This document shows positions 38,901 to 48,526 of a DNA stretch of 64,000 nucleotides, one piece after another. Both the position numbers and the translations under genes were made by a program. The notes beneath the pieces were generated by a model. That model had not been told where the DNA came from, did not search any database, and saw only the letters and a program-made list of their open reading frames with translations. This DNA is from Acidobacteriota bacterium (lineage in GTDB: Bacteria > Acidobacteriota > UBA6911 > RPQK01 > JAJDTT01): assembly GCA_965217775.1 (NCBI GenBank), contig CBDCJH010000002.1, positions 3,584,001 to 3,648,000 on the forward strand. The letters run 5' to 3'. Each line of letters starts with the position of its first letter. Position 1 is the stretch's first letter.

Positions 38901-41900
38901 TTGGACACATATATGAACTTACCAACACAACCCTCCGTGCCAAGTGGCCTTCCTGCCTATTTGGTTGGACAAGCCGGATTTGATCACCTTTGCACCCTCC
39001 TCGGCATTGAAACCACAGCCCGCAAACAAAGTGTCGTTGGCAGCGAGGCCGTTAGACGTGCTCTGAAACAACTCGGCCCTGCGCCACGAGGCCTTCGCAG
39101 GGCCGGTCGCCTGAAGTGGAGCTTGGTAACCTTCTATAGCTCGCCACGACATCGGCTTAGGAACTGGCAAATTCACGTAGATGCTGACCTCGATTCATCC
39201 AAGTTAATACCATCCCTTGAAGCAAACATTATAAGCAAATTCGACAACGATCTGTATACCGCCGCGATCGATGATGCCGCATTAGTCGACTGCCATAACT
39301 TCTTTGACGCTGAGGAGGAATTGGAGCCATGGAAACAACCCGCCGTCGGTGCCCTGCCGATAATACATAGAGAAATCCTCAACTGGCAGAAGCTCGAACT
39401 CAAACGGCGTGATATCGTGGCGTTAGCCGCCTTCGCCGTCGCGACGATTCTGGAGGACTCACGTTTACTCTTCTGGGCCGCTGAAACAGTTGACGACCTC
39501 GCTACAGAATTCTCGTTCATGGGCGACTCTTTCACCTCCAGAGTCGACGATGTAGAGTCTGATCAAATCTCCAACGTTCCAGCCAGGAAGCAAAATGTCG
39601 TACAAACGTTTCGCAATGCATGCAAGGACTTGGCTGAAATCGCATTGAAACTCCGCTGTGACCCACCGGACTTCCAGTTATTCCAAGATCTGTCACGTCG
39701 CTACGACGCTGTCCGGGACTTAAGAGAACGCGCCATCAGCGAATTGGTAGCAAACCAGGTAACGAATTTTCTGACTGCAATCGAAGAAACCATCCTCTCG
39801 CAAGCCACAGACGCCTCATGGCTGGGGGGAGAAGTAGAGAAGATTCTCGCGTCATGGGCTGGAGAGTATCCCACCAACAATACCGATCTTGAAACCCTGA
39901 AAACCGATGTCGAGAGGGTTAAGCACGACTTGCCAGTCGCCATAAATGCGTGGCATTCGGCGGTCAAGACTACACAGACGATGTTGCGAGATTTGCGTGA
40001 GGTCGAAGTGGAAGGAGGTCTCGCCGGTCAGCTTAGTGCAAACAGGCGTGCCGAAGAACTCTATACGGCCATCGCAGCCGCAAAACGCGGCGAGATCGAT
40101 GCGATTCATCATGCGCTCCAATTAGCGTCGCCTAGTGGCCAAGGCTGCACAATCGCATCTGCCGCTCAGTCAGAGGAGGAACCTCTTAGTAACCAGAATG
40201 CAGAATTGACGGATAACGACAACGGCATCGAAACAACCCAGGAGCACCAAGCGCCCTTCCAGCATCAACCTGAACCACCTCCGGCCAAACCAGACATTGT
40301 CGGAGGCGGCGATGTTCATCCCACTATCGTCCAAGAAACAACCGCGACAGACGCCACCGAATCCCCCACCGCGACCGATCAAGCCACCACTCGCAATATC
40401 TCGGACGAATCCACCCTCCCACAATCTGAGACTGGAGACCAACTTGACTCACCTATCAGCGCGCTCGCTGAACCTGCTTGGCAAGCCATTGGACATCACC
40501 TTCCAGGTATCGCCTACCACATCGTACGCCTGACACCGTTTGAACAGCGAAACCCGACGTTTCCTCCCGCGGATCTCGTCGCAGCGGCCGCTGTGGCTAA
40601 TTCCGTAAATGTACCAAATGATAAAGTCGTAGAGACGCTTACCGAGTACTTGACAGGGATTCATCCTAACGACTTGAAACGGGATAATGAAGACGTCCGC
40701 GATGCTTTACACTTGTTACTTTTGTCAGCAACATTGCGTCCCGCTCTCTTCGCTCCATCAGCTGGCGGACTGTCGCAGTTGCGGCATTTAGAACTATCTT
40801 CTGCTTTTTCCTCAGTGTACGAACTTGCCGAAGTCGTCGCCAATCACGCAGAGTCATTGCAGGCCATAAGCCTTGACGTTGCCCGAGTTCGAGGCGCCCT
40901 TAGTAAGACTGCGTGGCAATACCAAGTTGAACAGCACATGGAAGCTGTTCAACAGTGGCTTCGAAATGCCGGCTCTCAGCGCATCCTCCATGGTCCTACA
41001 CAACGTGTGTGGAAACACTGGCAACGTAAAGATGGCATATTGGGAGAACTCGTCGATCTTCTCTTGAACATCGACCAAACAAATCAAGATAGAGTCCGGG
41101 AGATCCAAGCGAAACTTGAAGACCGACAGGCATACGTTACTCTTGTCAATTACACAGACCGGATTCAACTAGGACGAAAGACGGGCAAAAACATCGAAGG
41201 CCGTGCGTTGACCCAGCTTCGCAAGCACACAGTTCCGATACTAGAGTTCTTGCGGAATTGGCATCGCCTCCTCGCAGCTAAACCAGATCCTACAAATTAC
41301 ATCGACCGCACAATCGTCTCCCTTCGGCACGCTTTGCATATACACGGTCCGGCCGCTATCTTGACACTCAACAATTTCGAGCTCCAACAGCCAATACTGC
41401 CAGTTGCCGCTGCCATTAAATGGGCTCGCATTTCCATTGAAGATTTAGTGGCCTTATTCGACAGCACGGATGCCGTCGATGTCACCGAGCGACAACCGCA
41501 ACTCGTCAACGTCGATCACGATCTCGTGTTCGCCGTTGACGTGGATATAGATCGTGACTATCACTTCGCGGATGGCCAAGACCCTAAACTATGTCTCAGC
41601 TACCTTGCCCAAACAGCCTTGCGTCCCCCGACATTACCAGAAGCGTTTCACGCACGTTCCGGGAGAGGTGATTTAATTGGTGCTAGGCTAGCGTGTGATC
41701 GTATGGACGCAGTCGCCGACTCAGAAGCTGACCGTTGTCGCATTGATCTCGATAACATTATCCAACAAAAGCGTCGCGAATTACGCGCGCTCCGGATGAA
41801 GTTAACCGGCGACATTGAACAGAGCTATTGTCTAGGACAACTCACGCCGGACCAACGCGATGATCTAGCCGCGCGGTGTGTCGCGACCCACGTGGCTACT

Positions 41901-44900
41901 ACACACGCAGACACCGTAACGATCGCAATCAAAGAACTGAGAGCAATTGATGGGTGCCTCCGCGAGTATCGCGATAAGAGCACTGCAACGTTGATCAATA
42001 GCATTCGTGAATTGAAAGGCAAGGCGACGCCCGAGGAAATGTCACTCATTAAGGAGGCCCAAGACACGAATGATCTCGTAACAGTGCGAGAGTACGCGGA
42101 ACGTCTTAAAAATGGAAATCCAATTATAGCCACCGGCTCATCCGAACCGGACAGTTTTGCTGATTTTCTCGACGCCCTGCCCGAGATCAATAATGTACTT
42201 GAAGCATCGAATCGCCCGACACACGGTTCGATTATTGCGGCGGTTAAACGGCGAGAAAGCGTCGCTAGCATTAATTTTGCGTCCATGACCGAACATGAAG
42301 CCACGCAGGCGAGCCATCTCCTAGAGGCGTGGTATCAGATTGCTAGATATCACGAACTGGACAATCGCCTACTCCGCGATCTTTTCTCCCTACTCGGTTT
42401 TGACGTAAAGACAGTCGAGACCGCTGGCGACCGGATAGCAGTAGTCCAAACTGAACCGTTGCAAGACCGAACGCTGTGTCCGATACACATGTTCGGCTCC
42501 GCTGCTAACGGTCAGTACAGGGTCCTACTAAACTGGCGCACACCGGCCCGTGATTCGCTCGTCCAGGCAATCGGCGGACTACGCGGCCAACTTATGGTCC
42601 TCCATTTCGGTCCCCTTGGCGATGATAGAGAGTTCCTTCGCAATTGGTCCTTACAAAACCAACGTCTTTTCCTAGCGATTGACGAAGCTCTGGTACTCTT
42701 TCTTGCCGCAAGACCCAACGGTCGTTTAAAAGCCCTATATGATTCCACACTTCCATACACGGCCGCAGATCCGTTTGTCACGACTTCAAGCCTAGTACCT
42801 CCCGAAATGTTTTATGGTCGCACCTACGAACGGGAGGAAGTGATGAACCAATATGGCGGCTGTTTCGTCTACGGCGGTCGCCAACTTGGGAAGACGGCGC
42901 TTCTCCGTTCCGCAGAAACAGTCTTTCACCACCCAAAGACTAGGCACATCGCTAAATGGATCGATCTCAAAGTTCGTGAAATTGGTTATGCCCGTCAGAC
43001 TGAAGACATTTGGAGCGTTCTTTGGAAAGAGCTAACCGAGGTCGGTATCATTCCTGAAATGGGCTCTCAGCCTAAAGGTACACGCAGCCTCGTTTCGACT
43101 CTCACGCGCGCCATAAAAGAGTGGCTCAAGGACAACAAAGACAGTCGGATCCTATTGCTACTGGACGAAGCGGATGCTTTTCTCGAGGCAGACGCCCACA
43201 CAGATTTCCTTGAGTCTACACGACTCAAGGGATTGATGGATGAAACCGAACGTAGGTTTAAGGTAGTATTTTCTGGTTTACACAATGTATTGCGGACCAC
43301 AGAACGAGCCAACCACCCGCTCGCTCACTTCGGTGATCCCATCTGCATCGGCCCACTTCTCCACAACGGCGAGTGGCAAAGCGCGAGGTCCTTAGCAAGG
43401 GAACCGCTTGCTGCAATCGGTTTTGGATTCGAACATGACAACGTTGTTACGCGTGTACTTGCAAGAACCAACTACTATCCATCGCTTATACAACTATACG
43501 GTGCTGAGTTGGTCCGGTACTTACGTGACTCAACTAGAGTACCTCCCTATCAGGTACGAGCCGACGATGTTAATGCCGTTTTCATGAGGGATGGTCTTCG
43601 CAACTATATTCGAGCCCGTTTTCTTCTCACGCTGCAGCTTGATCCACGCTATGAGGTCATCGCCTATTCAATGGCTCTAGACTTGCAGGAGCACGCGGAG
43701 AACTTGGCAAACGGGTTGTCTTCTGAACACATCGCAGAACAAGCACGATCATGGTGGCCGGATGGCTTCGATATCCCCGACATTGAGTTTGATACGCTAC
43801 TACATGAGATGGCCGGTCTAGGGGTCTTGCGACGCACGATAACAGAGTCCCATGAAGGACAACGTTACACGTTTCGCAACCCCAACGTTTTATTGTTGCT
43901 AGGCACAGCCAGTGATATCGAAAAAGCGCTGTATAAGCCACGAGAATTACCAAAGATATTTGAGGCATCATCGTTTCACGCTAGGTATGTTGGCGACGAT
44001 GATTCACCAAAGCGAGGTCCGCTTACCTACGATCAGGAGGCACGACTTCGAAATCACAGAGGCGTCGCGATACTTACGGGCACTCAAGCAGCAAATATTA
44101 GACAGGTTAGCAAGTTTCTCTCGGGTCGATTAGGGTCGAGTAATTTCAGGGAACTTGAGCCATGCTATGACACAAATAGATTGGAACGCCAGCTCACAAG
44201 TTTACGACCTGATCGACGACAGGGCCTCCATGTCTACATGGTGCCCTTCGAAACTCCGTGGAGTGCGCTATGGCTTGACAGAGCTGCCAAAACTCTTAGG
44301 AGAGTCCAGCGACGCAATCTAATTCGAGTCGTGTTCATTGCTGAACCACAGACTCTATGGAGTGTGTTGGCCGACATCGACGAAAACGCGATTCTTGCGT
44401 ATCTTAAGTCGGACACTAGGTATCTTAAGTCGGACGCTCGACAAACTCGCAAACGGATTGATTGGATAGGTCTTGGACCTTGGGATTTCAGCTTCCTGCG
44501 CCGATGGTGTGATGACCACGATCTTCAGGTCGATCAGGAGGTTATCGATAAGTTGATGGAAATGTCGGGAGGATGGCCGAAGATCTTGGAGCAATACGAC
44601 CGATCTCCTCATAAGCATTCACGAAATAGGTTGGCGGCATTGGATCAATTCATTATCCGCCACCGTTCCGATCTGTTGCGGCATCTGGGAATCGATACGC
44701 CTCTAGTTCAATTCGAGCTTGAAACATTGTTTTCGTACGAGGCATTCACGCCCGATCAGGTGATCCAGCTTGTAAAAATGCAACGAGAGTCACGGGAAGA
44801 ATCTCTTAGCAGCGTTTCGTTGCGGCGACGTTTGATCTGGGCACAACATCTCGGCATTCTGCAGAACCCGACTGGAACCTGGCAGGTCAATCCTCTAGTT

Positions 44901-44927
44901 CAGAAAATGCTAAAGAAAGAGTCTTAA
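38901..44927 (+). CDS. Giant (~2000 aa) STAND-type P-loop ATPase
   Basis: PFVTTSSLVPPEMFYGR, Walker A YGGRQLGKT (~42870), Walker B LLLLDEAD, FKVVFSG and TNYYPSLIQL; long helical N-terminus. Start is TTG 38901 or ATG 38913. Confidence 0.88.
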   Translation: MDTYMNLPTQPSVPSGLPAYLVGQAGFDHLCTLLGIETTARKQSVVGSEAVRRALKQLGPAPRGLRRAGRLKWSLVTFYSSPRHRLRNWQIHVDADLDSSKLIPSLEANIISKFDNDLYTAAIDDAALVDCHNFFDAEEELEPWKQPAVGALPIIHREILNWQKLELKRRDIVALAAFAVATILEDSRLLFWAAETVDDLATEFSFMGDSFTSRVDDVESDQISNVPARKQNVVQTFRNACKDLAEIALKLRCDPPDFQLFQDLSRRYDAVRDLRERAISELVANQVTNFLTAIEETILSQATDASWLGGEVEKILASWAGEYPTNNTDLETLKTDVERVKHDLPVAINAWHSAVKTTQTMLRDLREVEVEGGLAGQLSANRRAEELYTAIAAAKRGEIDAIHHALQLASPSGQGCTIASAAQSEEEPLSNQNAELTDNDNGIETTQEHQAPFQHQPEPPPAKPDIVGGGDVHPTIVQETTATDATESPTATDQATTRNISDESTLPQSETGDQLDSPISALAEPAWQAIGHHLPGIAYHIVRLTPFEQRNPTFPPADLVAAAAVANSVNVPNDKVVETLTEYLTGIHPNDLKRDNEDVRDALHLLLLSATLRPALFAPSAGGLSQLRHLELSSAFSSVYELAEVVANHAESLQAISLDVARVRGALSKTAWQYQVEQHMEAVQQWLRNAGSQRILHGPTQRVWKHWQRKDGILGELVDLLLNIDQTNQDRVREIQAKLEDRQAYVTLVNYTDRIQLGRKTGKNIEGRALTQLRKHTVPILEFLRNWHRLLAAKPDPTNYIDRTIVSLRHALHIHGPAAILTLNNFELQQPILPVAAAIKWARISIEDLVALFDSTDAVDVTERQPQLVNVDHDLVFAVDVDIDRDYHFADGQDPKLCLSYLAQTALRPPTLPEAFHARSGRGDLIGARLACDRMDAVADSEADRCRIDLDNIIQQKRRELRALRMKLTGDIEQSYCLGQLTPDQRDDLAARCVATHVATTHADTVTIAIKELRAIDGCLREYRDKSTATLINSIRELKGKATPEEMSLIKEAQDTNDLVTVREYAERLKNGNPIIATGSSEPDSFADFLDALPEINNVLEASNRPTHGSIIAAVKRRESVASINFASMTEHEATQASHLLEAWYQIARYHELDNRLLRDLFSLLGFDVKTVETAGDRIAVVQTEPLQDRTLCPIHMFGSAANGQYRVLLNWRTPARDSLVQAIGGLRGQLMVLHFGPLGDDREFLRNWSLQNQRLFLAIDEALVLFLAARPNGRLKALYDSTLPYTAADPFVTTSSLVPPEMFYGRTYEREEVMNQYGGCFVYGGRQLGKTALLRSAETVFHHPKTRHIAKWIDLKVREIGYARQTEDIWSVLWKELTEVGIIPEMGSQPKGTRSLVSTLTRAIKEWLKDNKDSRILLLLDEADAFLEADAHTDFLESTRLKGLMDETERRFKVVFSGLHNVLRTTERANHPLAHFGDPICIGPLLHNGEWQSARSLAREPLAAIGFGFEHDNVVTRVLARTNYYPSLIQLYGAELVRYLRDSTRVPPYQVRADDVNAVFMRDGLRNYIRARFLLTLQLDPRYEVIAYSMALDLQEHAENLANGLSSEHIAEQARSWWPDGFDIPDIEFDTLLHEMAGLGVLRRTITESHEGQRYTFRNPNVLLLLGTASDIEKALYKPRELPKIFEASSFHARYVGDDDSPKRGPLTYDQEARLRNHRGVAILTGTQAANIRQVSKFLSGRLGSSNFRELEPCYDTNRLERQLTSLRPDRRQGLHVYMVPFETPWSALWLDRAAKTLRRVQRRNLIRVVFIAEPQTLWSVLADIDENAILAYLKSDTRYLKSDARQTRKRIDWIGLGPWDFSFLRRWCDDHDLQVDQEVIDKLMEMSGGWPKILEQYDRSPHKHSRNRLAALDQFIIRHRSDLLRHLGIDTPLVQFELETLFSYEAFTPDQVIQLVKMQRESREESLSSVSLRRRLIWAQHLGILQNPTGTWQVNPLVQKMLKKES
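44399..44440 (+). repeat. In-frame 21-bp tandem duplication (YLKSDTR/YLKSDAR)
   Basis: GTATCTTAAGTCGGAC occurs at 44399 and 44420. Confidence 0.85.
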
Positions 44928-44932
44928 CTAAA

Positions 44933-46048
44933 ATGAGGCTATGGGATTTGCCTGGGGCCGTACGGTTTGTTGATGCGATACAGCAGTCATTACGTGCTGG
45001 TGTGAATGTGGTTGCTCGGTTTCCCAGGACGGTTCCATCAGGATTCCGGGACACAGTTTCATTGGGTCTAACTCAGTTACTTGCTGTCGGAAGTATCGAG
45101 TGCGGACCCTCGCCGTTCGAACAGCTCTGTGGGAAGTTTTCTCCCGGTAGATTTTTTCAAGAGGACGACCTGCAGGAGCTGTGCGAGGATGATGGCTTTC
45201 AGGGACGTCTTATTTGGCTGGAGCGCCTCGACGAACGAACGTGGCCCAACTGGCGGACCTTCTTGACACGATATGCACAAGCAAGTCGGAACGTTTCTGC
45301 TTTTGGACGAACGTTATTTATGGCGACGCTTGACGGGGCACCGCCTGGGGATCCACTGGACGCTGACGTCACAATCGTGACGCATGATTGGTCTAATGTC
45401 ATAGACGAAATTGACCTTCTGTTTCTGGCCAATGATCGGTTGTTGCCGACGAAGTCCGATCCGGTTCAACGGCTACTACTCTCTACTACCGTGGCGAGGG
45501 TGGCGTCTTGGGACTTCGAGACGGCGGGACAGATGCTCGACGGCGGGACAGAAATTATTCTCGATCCCTTGGAGATGTTGAGGTCAATTGCAATTTGCAA
45601 GGGCTGGACAACTGCCACACCAGTTGCTTGGGAATTGGGAACTGCTTCGGGTAGTGGGGTTGTCCACCCAGCCCTTGCTGCTCTCGAAAACCCAGCAAGG
45701 GAGATCCGCCGACGGCTGTGGAGCGCTCAGGCGTCCGTACTGTTTCCACTCATCGAGTCTCGACGGGACGAGATCGTACGGCGGAATCTGTATGTAATTC
45801 GACGATACCTGCACAACTGCGGTGACGATGCGACAGATCCTCGGGACATGGAGATCGGTGACCTGTATTCCATGTTTCGGCGCGCAAATGGAAGCTGGCG
45901 ACTCCGAAAAAGCGTCAAGAGTCTCCGCAATGCCCGTAATGCACTTGCCCACCTAGATCCGTTACCGGCACAACAAGCCCTTGAACTGGCGCGAGTCAAT
46001 CGTGGCTATAATTCTAGAATGGGCAGGACCCATTTTACGATAAACTAG
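44933..46048 (+). CDS. Hypothetical partner of the giant ATPase with a C-terminal HEPN-like RNxxxH motif
   Basis: Starts 5 nt after the ATPase stop with the same low-GC codon usage; MEIGDL...LRNARNALAH near the C-terminus. Confidence 0.75.
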   Translation: MRLWDLPGAVRFVDAIQQSLRAGVNVVARFPRTVPSGFRDTVSLGLTQLLAVGSIECGPSPFEQLCGKFSPGRFFQEDDLQELCEDDGFQGRLIWLERLDERTWPNWRTFLTRYAQASRNVSAFGRTLFMATLDGAPPGDPLDADVTIVTHDWSNVIDEIDLLFLANDRLLPTKSDPVQRLLLSTTVARVASWDFETAGQMLDGGTEIILDPLEMLRSIAICKGWTTATPVAWELGTASGSGVVHPALAALENPAREIRRRLWSAQASVLFPLIESRRDEIVRRNLYVIRRYLHNCGDDATDPRDMEIGDLYSMFRRANGSWRLRKSVKSLRNARNALAHLDPLPAQQALELARVNRGYNSRMGRTHFTIN

Positions 46049-46155
46049 TTATCAGCATGATTCCATGCTCGGCCAGGGGCGAGCCTTTACGCGAAATCGC
46101 GACAGTTTCAAGGCCGAGAGGATTAGGATTGGACTAATGAGAACAGCCCGCTGAC

Positions 46156-47013
46156 TCAGTTGCGCCTACTGTTTCGCTCGATCCCCTCTTCTTGCTTTAC
46201 TCGTTTCGTTCTCATTCCCGAGTTCTCTCCCTGCAGGATCACCCGGGCTACCGTAAGGATCAGGATTCGACCGGCTTTGCCGTCCCGCTTGAGGACCTTT
46301 GAGGTCTCGTGGGAGGTGGCGCCCGTGGTGAGGATGTCGTCTACCAGGACCAGATCCTCTCCCGAGATTCGGCGTGCCTGCCGGAGCCGGAAGGCGTTGC
46401 GGACGTTCCTCCTTCGAGCCTTCAGGTCGAGTCCGAACTGGGGCAGAGTCGGACGCGACCTGCAAAGGCCCGGGAACACCGGAAGGTTCAGTCTTCGGCC
46501 CAGGGTTCGAGTCAGGAGGAGCGTCTGGTCGAATCCCCGTTTCCTCCGGCGCCGCGGATGGGAAGGGACCGGGACCAGCCAGGAAGGTGAAAAGGGATCG
46601 GGCCGCGCCCGGTAGGCTTCCTCCAGCAGGGACGCCAGAGGATGCGCCAGGCGGCGGTGGCCGGAGAATTTGAAGCGATGGATCAACAGTCTCAGGGTTC
46701 CGGCGTACGGTCCCCAGGCCCGAGTCGAGTGATGGAAGGGTCGTGTCCCCCGGCAGGACGCGCAGGGCTCCGGAGCCCCTGGATCTTTCTCCCGATCCGG
46801 AACCGGCAAATCACCGGCCGGCGCAGGCCCGCCACAAATCGGGCAGAGAGGATCCTGGAACCTGGGCAGTTGCAGGAAGCATTCGGAACAAAGGGGACTG
46901 GCATCCGGATTGGCGACCCAGCGGCCGCACAGGACGCAGCTTTGGGGAAAAAAGAGGACTTGGAGCCCCTGGAAAAGGCGCTTCCACAGAGTGATCCCCG
47001 GAACGGAAGACAC
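46156..47013 (-). CDS. comF: ComF family protein (double zinc ribbon and PRTase domain)
   Basis: Four CxxC pairs; VPVPSH, RGFDQ, RRRNVRNAF and LVDDILTTGAT motifs; start uncertain. Confidence 0.9.
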   Translation of the reverse strand: MSSVPGITLWKRLFQGLQVLFFPQSCVLCGRWVANPDASPLCSECFLQLPRFQDPLCPICGGPAPAGDLPVPDREKDPGAPEPCASCRGTRPFHHSTRAWGPYAGTLRLLIHRFKFSGHRRLAHPLASLLEEAYRARPDPFSPSWLVPVPSHPRRRRKRGFDQTLLLTRTLGRRLNLPVFPGLCRSRPTLPQFGLDLKARRRNVRNAFRLRQARRISGEDLVLVDDILTTGATSHETSKVLKRDGKAGRILILTVARVILQGENSGMRTKRVKQEEGIERNSRRN

Positions 47014-47074
47014 ACTGAACGAAACGTCCGATCCGGAAAACCTGCGAAGAGAATCCAAGTCCCCGAGGGAAGTG

Positions 47075-47434
47075 TCAGGAAAGTCGGCCCGACTCTTTCA
47101 TCTCCTGACAGTGGACGCAGAGAAGTGCCCAGGGCACAGCCTCCAGCCTCCGGCGCCGCACGGTTTCGCCACAGTGGGTGCACTCACCATAAGAGCCGTC
47201 CTGGATTCGTTCCAGGGCCTCCTCAACCAGGATGATCAATTGCCGTTCCAGGTTGCTGAGGCTGAACATGAACTCTTTGGTGTAGGACTTGGAGGCCCGA
47301 TCCGCCATGTCCATGGCTTCGCCCTCGCCGTCTATCTCCCGGCCATAACTCTCGGCCTTGTGGACGACGTCGATGAGTGCGGTTTTCTTTTGCAGGAGCT
47401 GCTTCTTGAAGTAGTCCAGGTCTCTGGATCTCAT
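47075..47434 (-). CDS. dksA: DksA/TraR C4 zinc-finger protein
   Basis: DMADRA coiled-coil tip; GSYGECTHC...RLEAVPWALLCVHC. Confidence 0.88.
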   Translation of the reverse strand: MRSRDLDYFKKQLLQKKTALIDVVHKAESYGREIDGEGEAMDMADRASKSYTKEFMFSLSNLERQLIILVEEALERIQDGSYGECTHCGETVRRRRLEAVPWALLCVHCQEMKESGRLS

Positions 47435-47544
47435 GCCAAACCTCCACTACTTTGTGTAACTCAATATACGACAGGCTCCCGAAAAGGTTCAGGTTCCGTG
47501 GTGAAGGTTGCAATCGGGAGCTGTGGGCCCCCGAAATTCGAGGA

Positions 47545-47901
47545 TCAGGCCTGCGGAGTGAGCACCAGCAGCCGGCCGTCGCTCCACAGTTTCTCCAATT
47601 GGTAGAAGGCTCGTGCACGCAGCGAGAAGATGTGGACCACGAAATCCAGATAGTCGAGTAGAATCCACTCGCCGCCTTCGTATCCCTCGACATGCGTGGG
47701 CCGGACCTTCTCCTGGTTCCTCAGGCGATGCCGGATCTCGTCGCAGATCGCCTGATTCTGTCGCTGGTTGTTCCCCTGGCAGATCACGAAGAAGTCGGTG
47801 AAGGACGAGATCTCGGAGATGTCCACGACCTGGACATCCTCTCCCCTCTTTTCTTGAATAGACTCACAAACCAGGGTCAGCAATTCTCTTGTTGTCTTCA
47901 T
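47545..47901 (-). CDS. rsfS: Ribosome silencing factor
   Basis: EKRGEDV, DFFVIC, EGYEGGEWILLD..DFVVHIF and FYQLEKLW motifs; ATG 47901. Confidence 0.95.
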   Translation of the reverse strand: MKTTRELLTLVCESIQEKRGEDVQVVDISEISSFTDFFVICQGNNQRQNQAICDEIRHRLRNQEKVRPTHVEGYEGGEWILLDYLDFVVHIFSLRARAFYQLEKLWSDGRLLVLTPQA

Positions 47902-48526
47902 AGAGGTGGTACTTCCGAATGTACTGCAAAACCGTGGGAGAAACCTGCCCGGAAAGGGGACGGCCCCTTCCGGTGAGGCTCTCCCGGACTCGGCTCGAGC
48001 TGATGTCGGGCGCTCCGATGTCCACCAGGATGGAGCGTCCCGAACGGATCTCCGGACTGGAGGAACTCCCTGCTCTGATCTGCTCCAGCCGTATTTCCGG
48101 AAAGAGGGCGGCATCGACTCGTGCTCCCGCCCGCTGCACGAAGACACAGCAATTGTCCCGCAGGAGGACCGAATGGTCCTTCCAGATGTGGATGTCCCGC
48201 AACGAGTCGCTTCCACCGATGAAGCAGAAACGGTGGCTGGGGTAGCTCTCGCGCAAGAGTGCCATGGTCTGGACGGTGTAACTGGGTCCGCGGCGCCTGA
48301 GCTCGAAGTCGGAAGCGTACAGGCGGGACTCTTCCAGGGTCTCCAGAACGACCATGGCAAGGCGATGATGCTGCGCAGCCACCCCGTTCCTCGGCTTGTG
48401 GGGAGGCAGCCGGGACACCATCAGGAGGACCCGGTCCAGCGCCAGCAGGCGCCGAACCTGGTCGGCAATATAGGTATGCCCCCGGTGGACAGGGTCGAAG
48501 GTGCCCCCGTAGATACCGACCCTCAA
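47864..48526 (-). CDS. nadD: Nicotinate-nucleotide adenylyltransferase
   Basis: GIYGGTFDPVHRGH, PPHK, SYTVQT, IGGSDS and ISSS motifs. Confidence 0.95.
   Translation of the reverse strand: MRVGIYGGTFDPVHRGHTYIADQVRRLLALDRVLLMVSRLPPHKPRNGVAAQHHRLAMVVLETLEESRLYASDFELRRRGPSYTVQTMALLRESYPSHRFCFIGGSDSLRDIHIWKDHSVLLRDNCCVFVQRAGARVDAALFPEIRLEQIRAGSSSSPEIRSGRSILVDIGAPDISSSRVRESLTGRGRPLSGQVSPTVLQYIRKYHLYEDNKRIADPGL

Larger units (their letters stand above)
38300..46150. mobile_element. Low-GC horizontally acquired island (no integrase visible)
   Basis: Abrupt shift to A/T-rich codon usage relative to the flanks (by eye); lies between co-oriented comF and ftcD; boundaries approximate. Confidence 0.75.

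Noticed and set aside
38281-46202. Possible att-like direct repeat at the island ends (CTCGTCTTGCTCCAC vs CTCTTCTTGCTTTAC)
   Set aside because: Short and mismatched, with no tRNA or integrase to support it.
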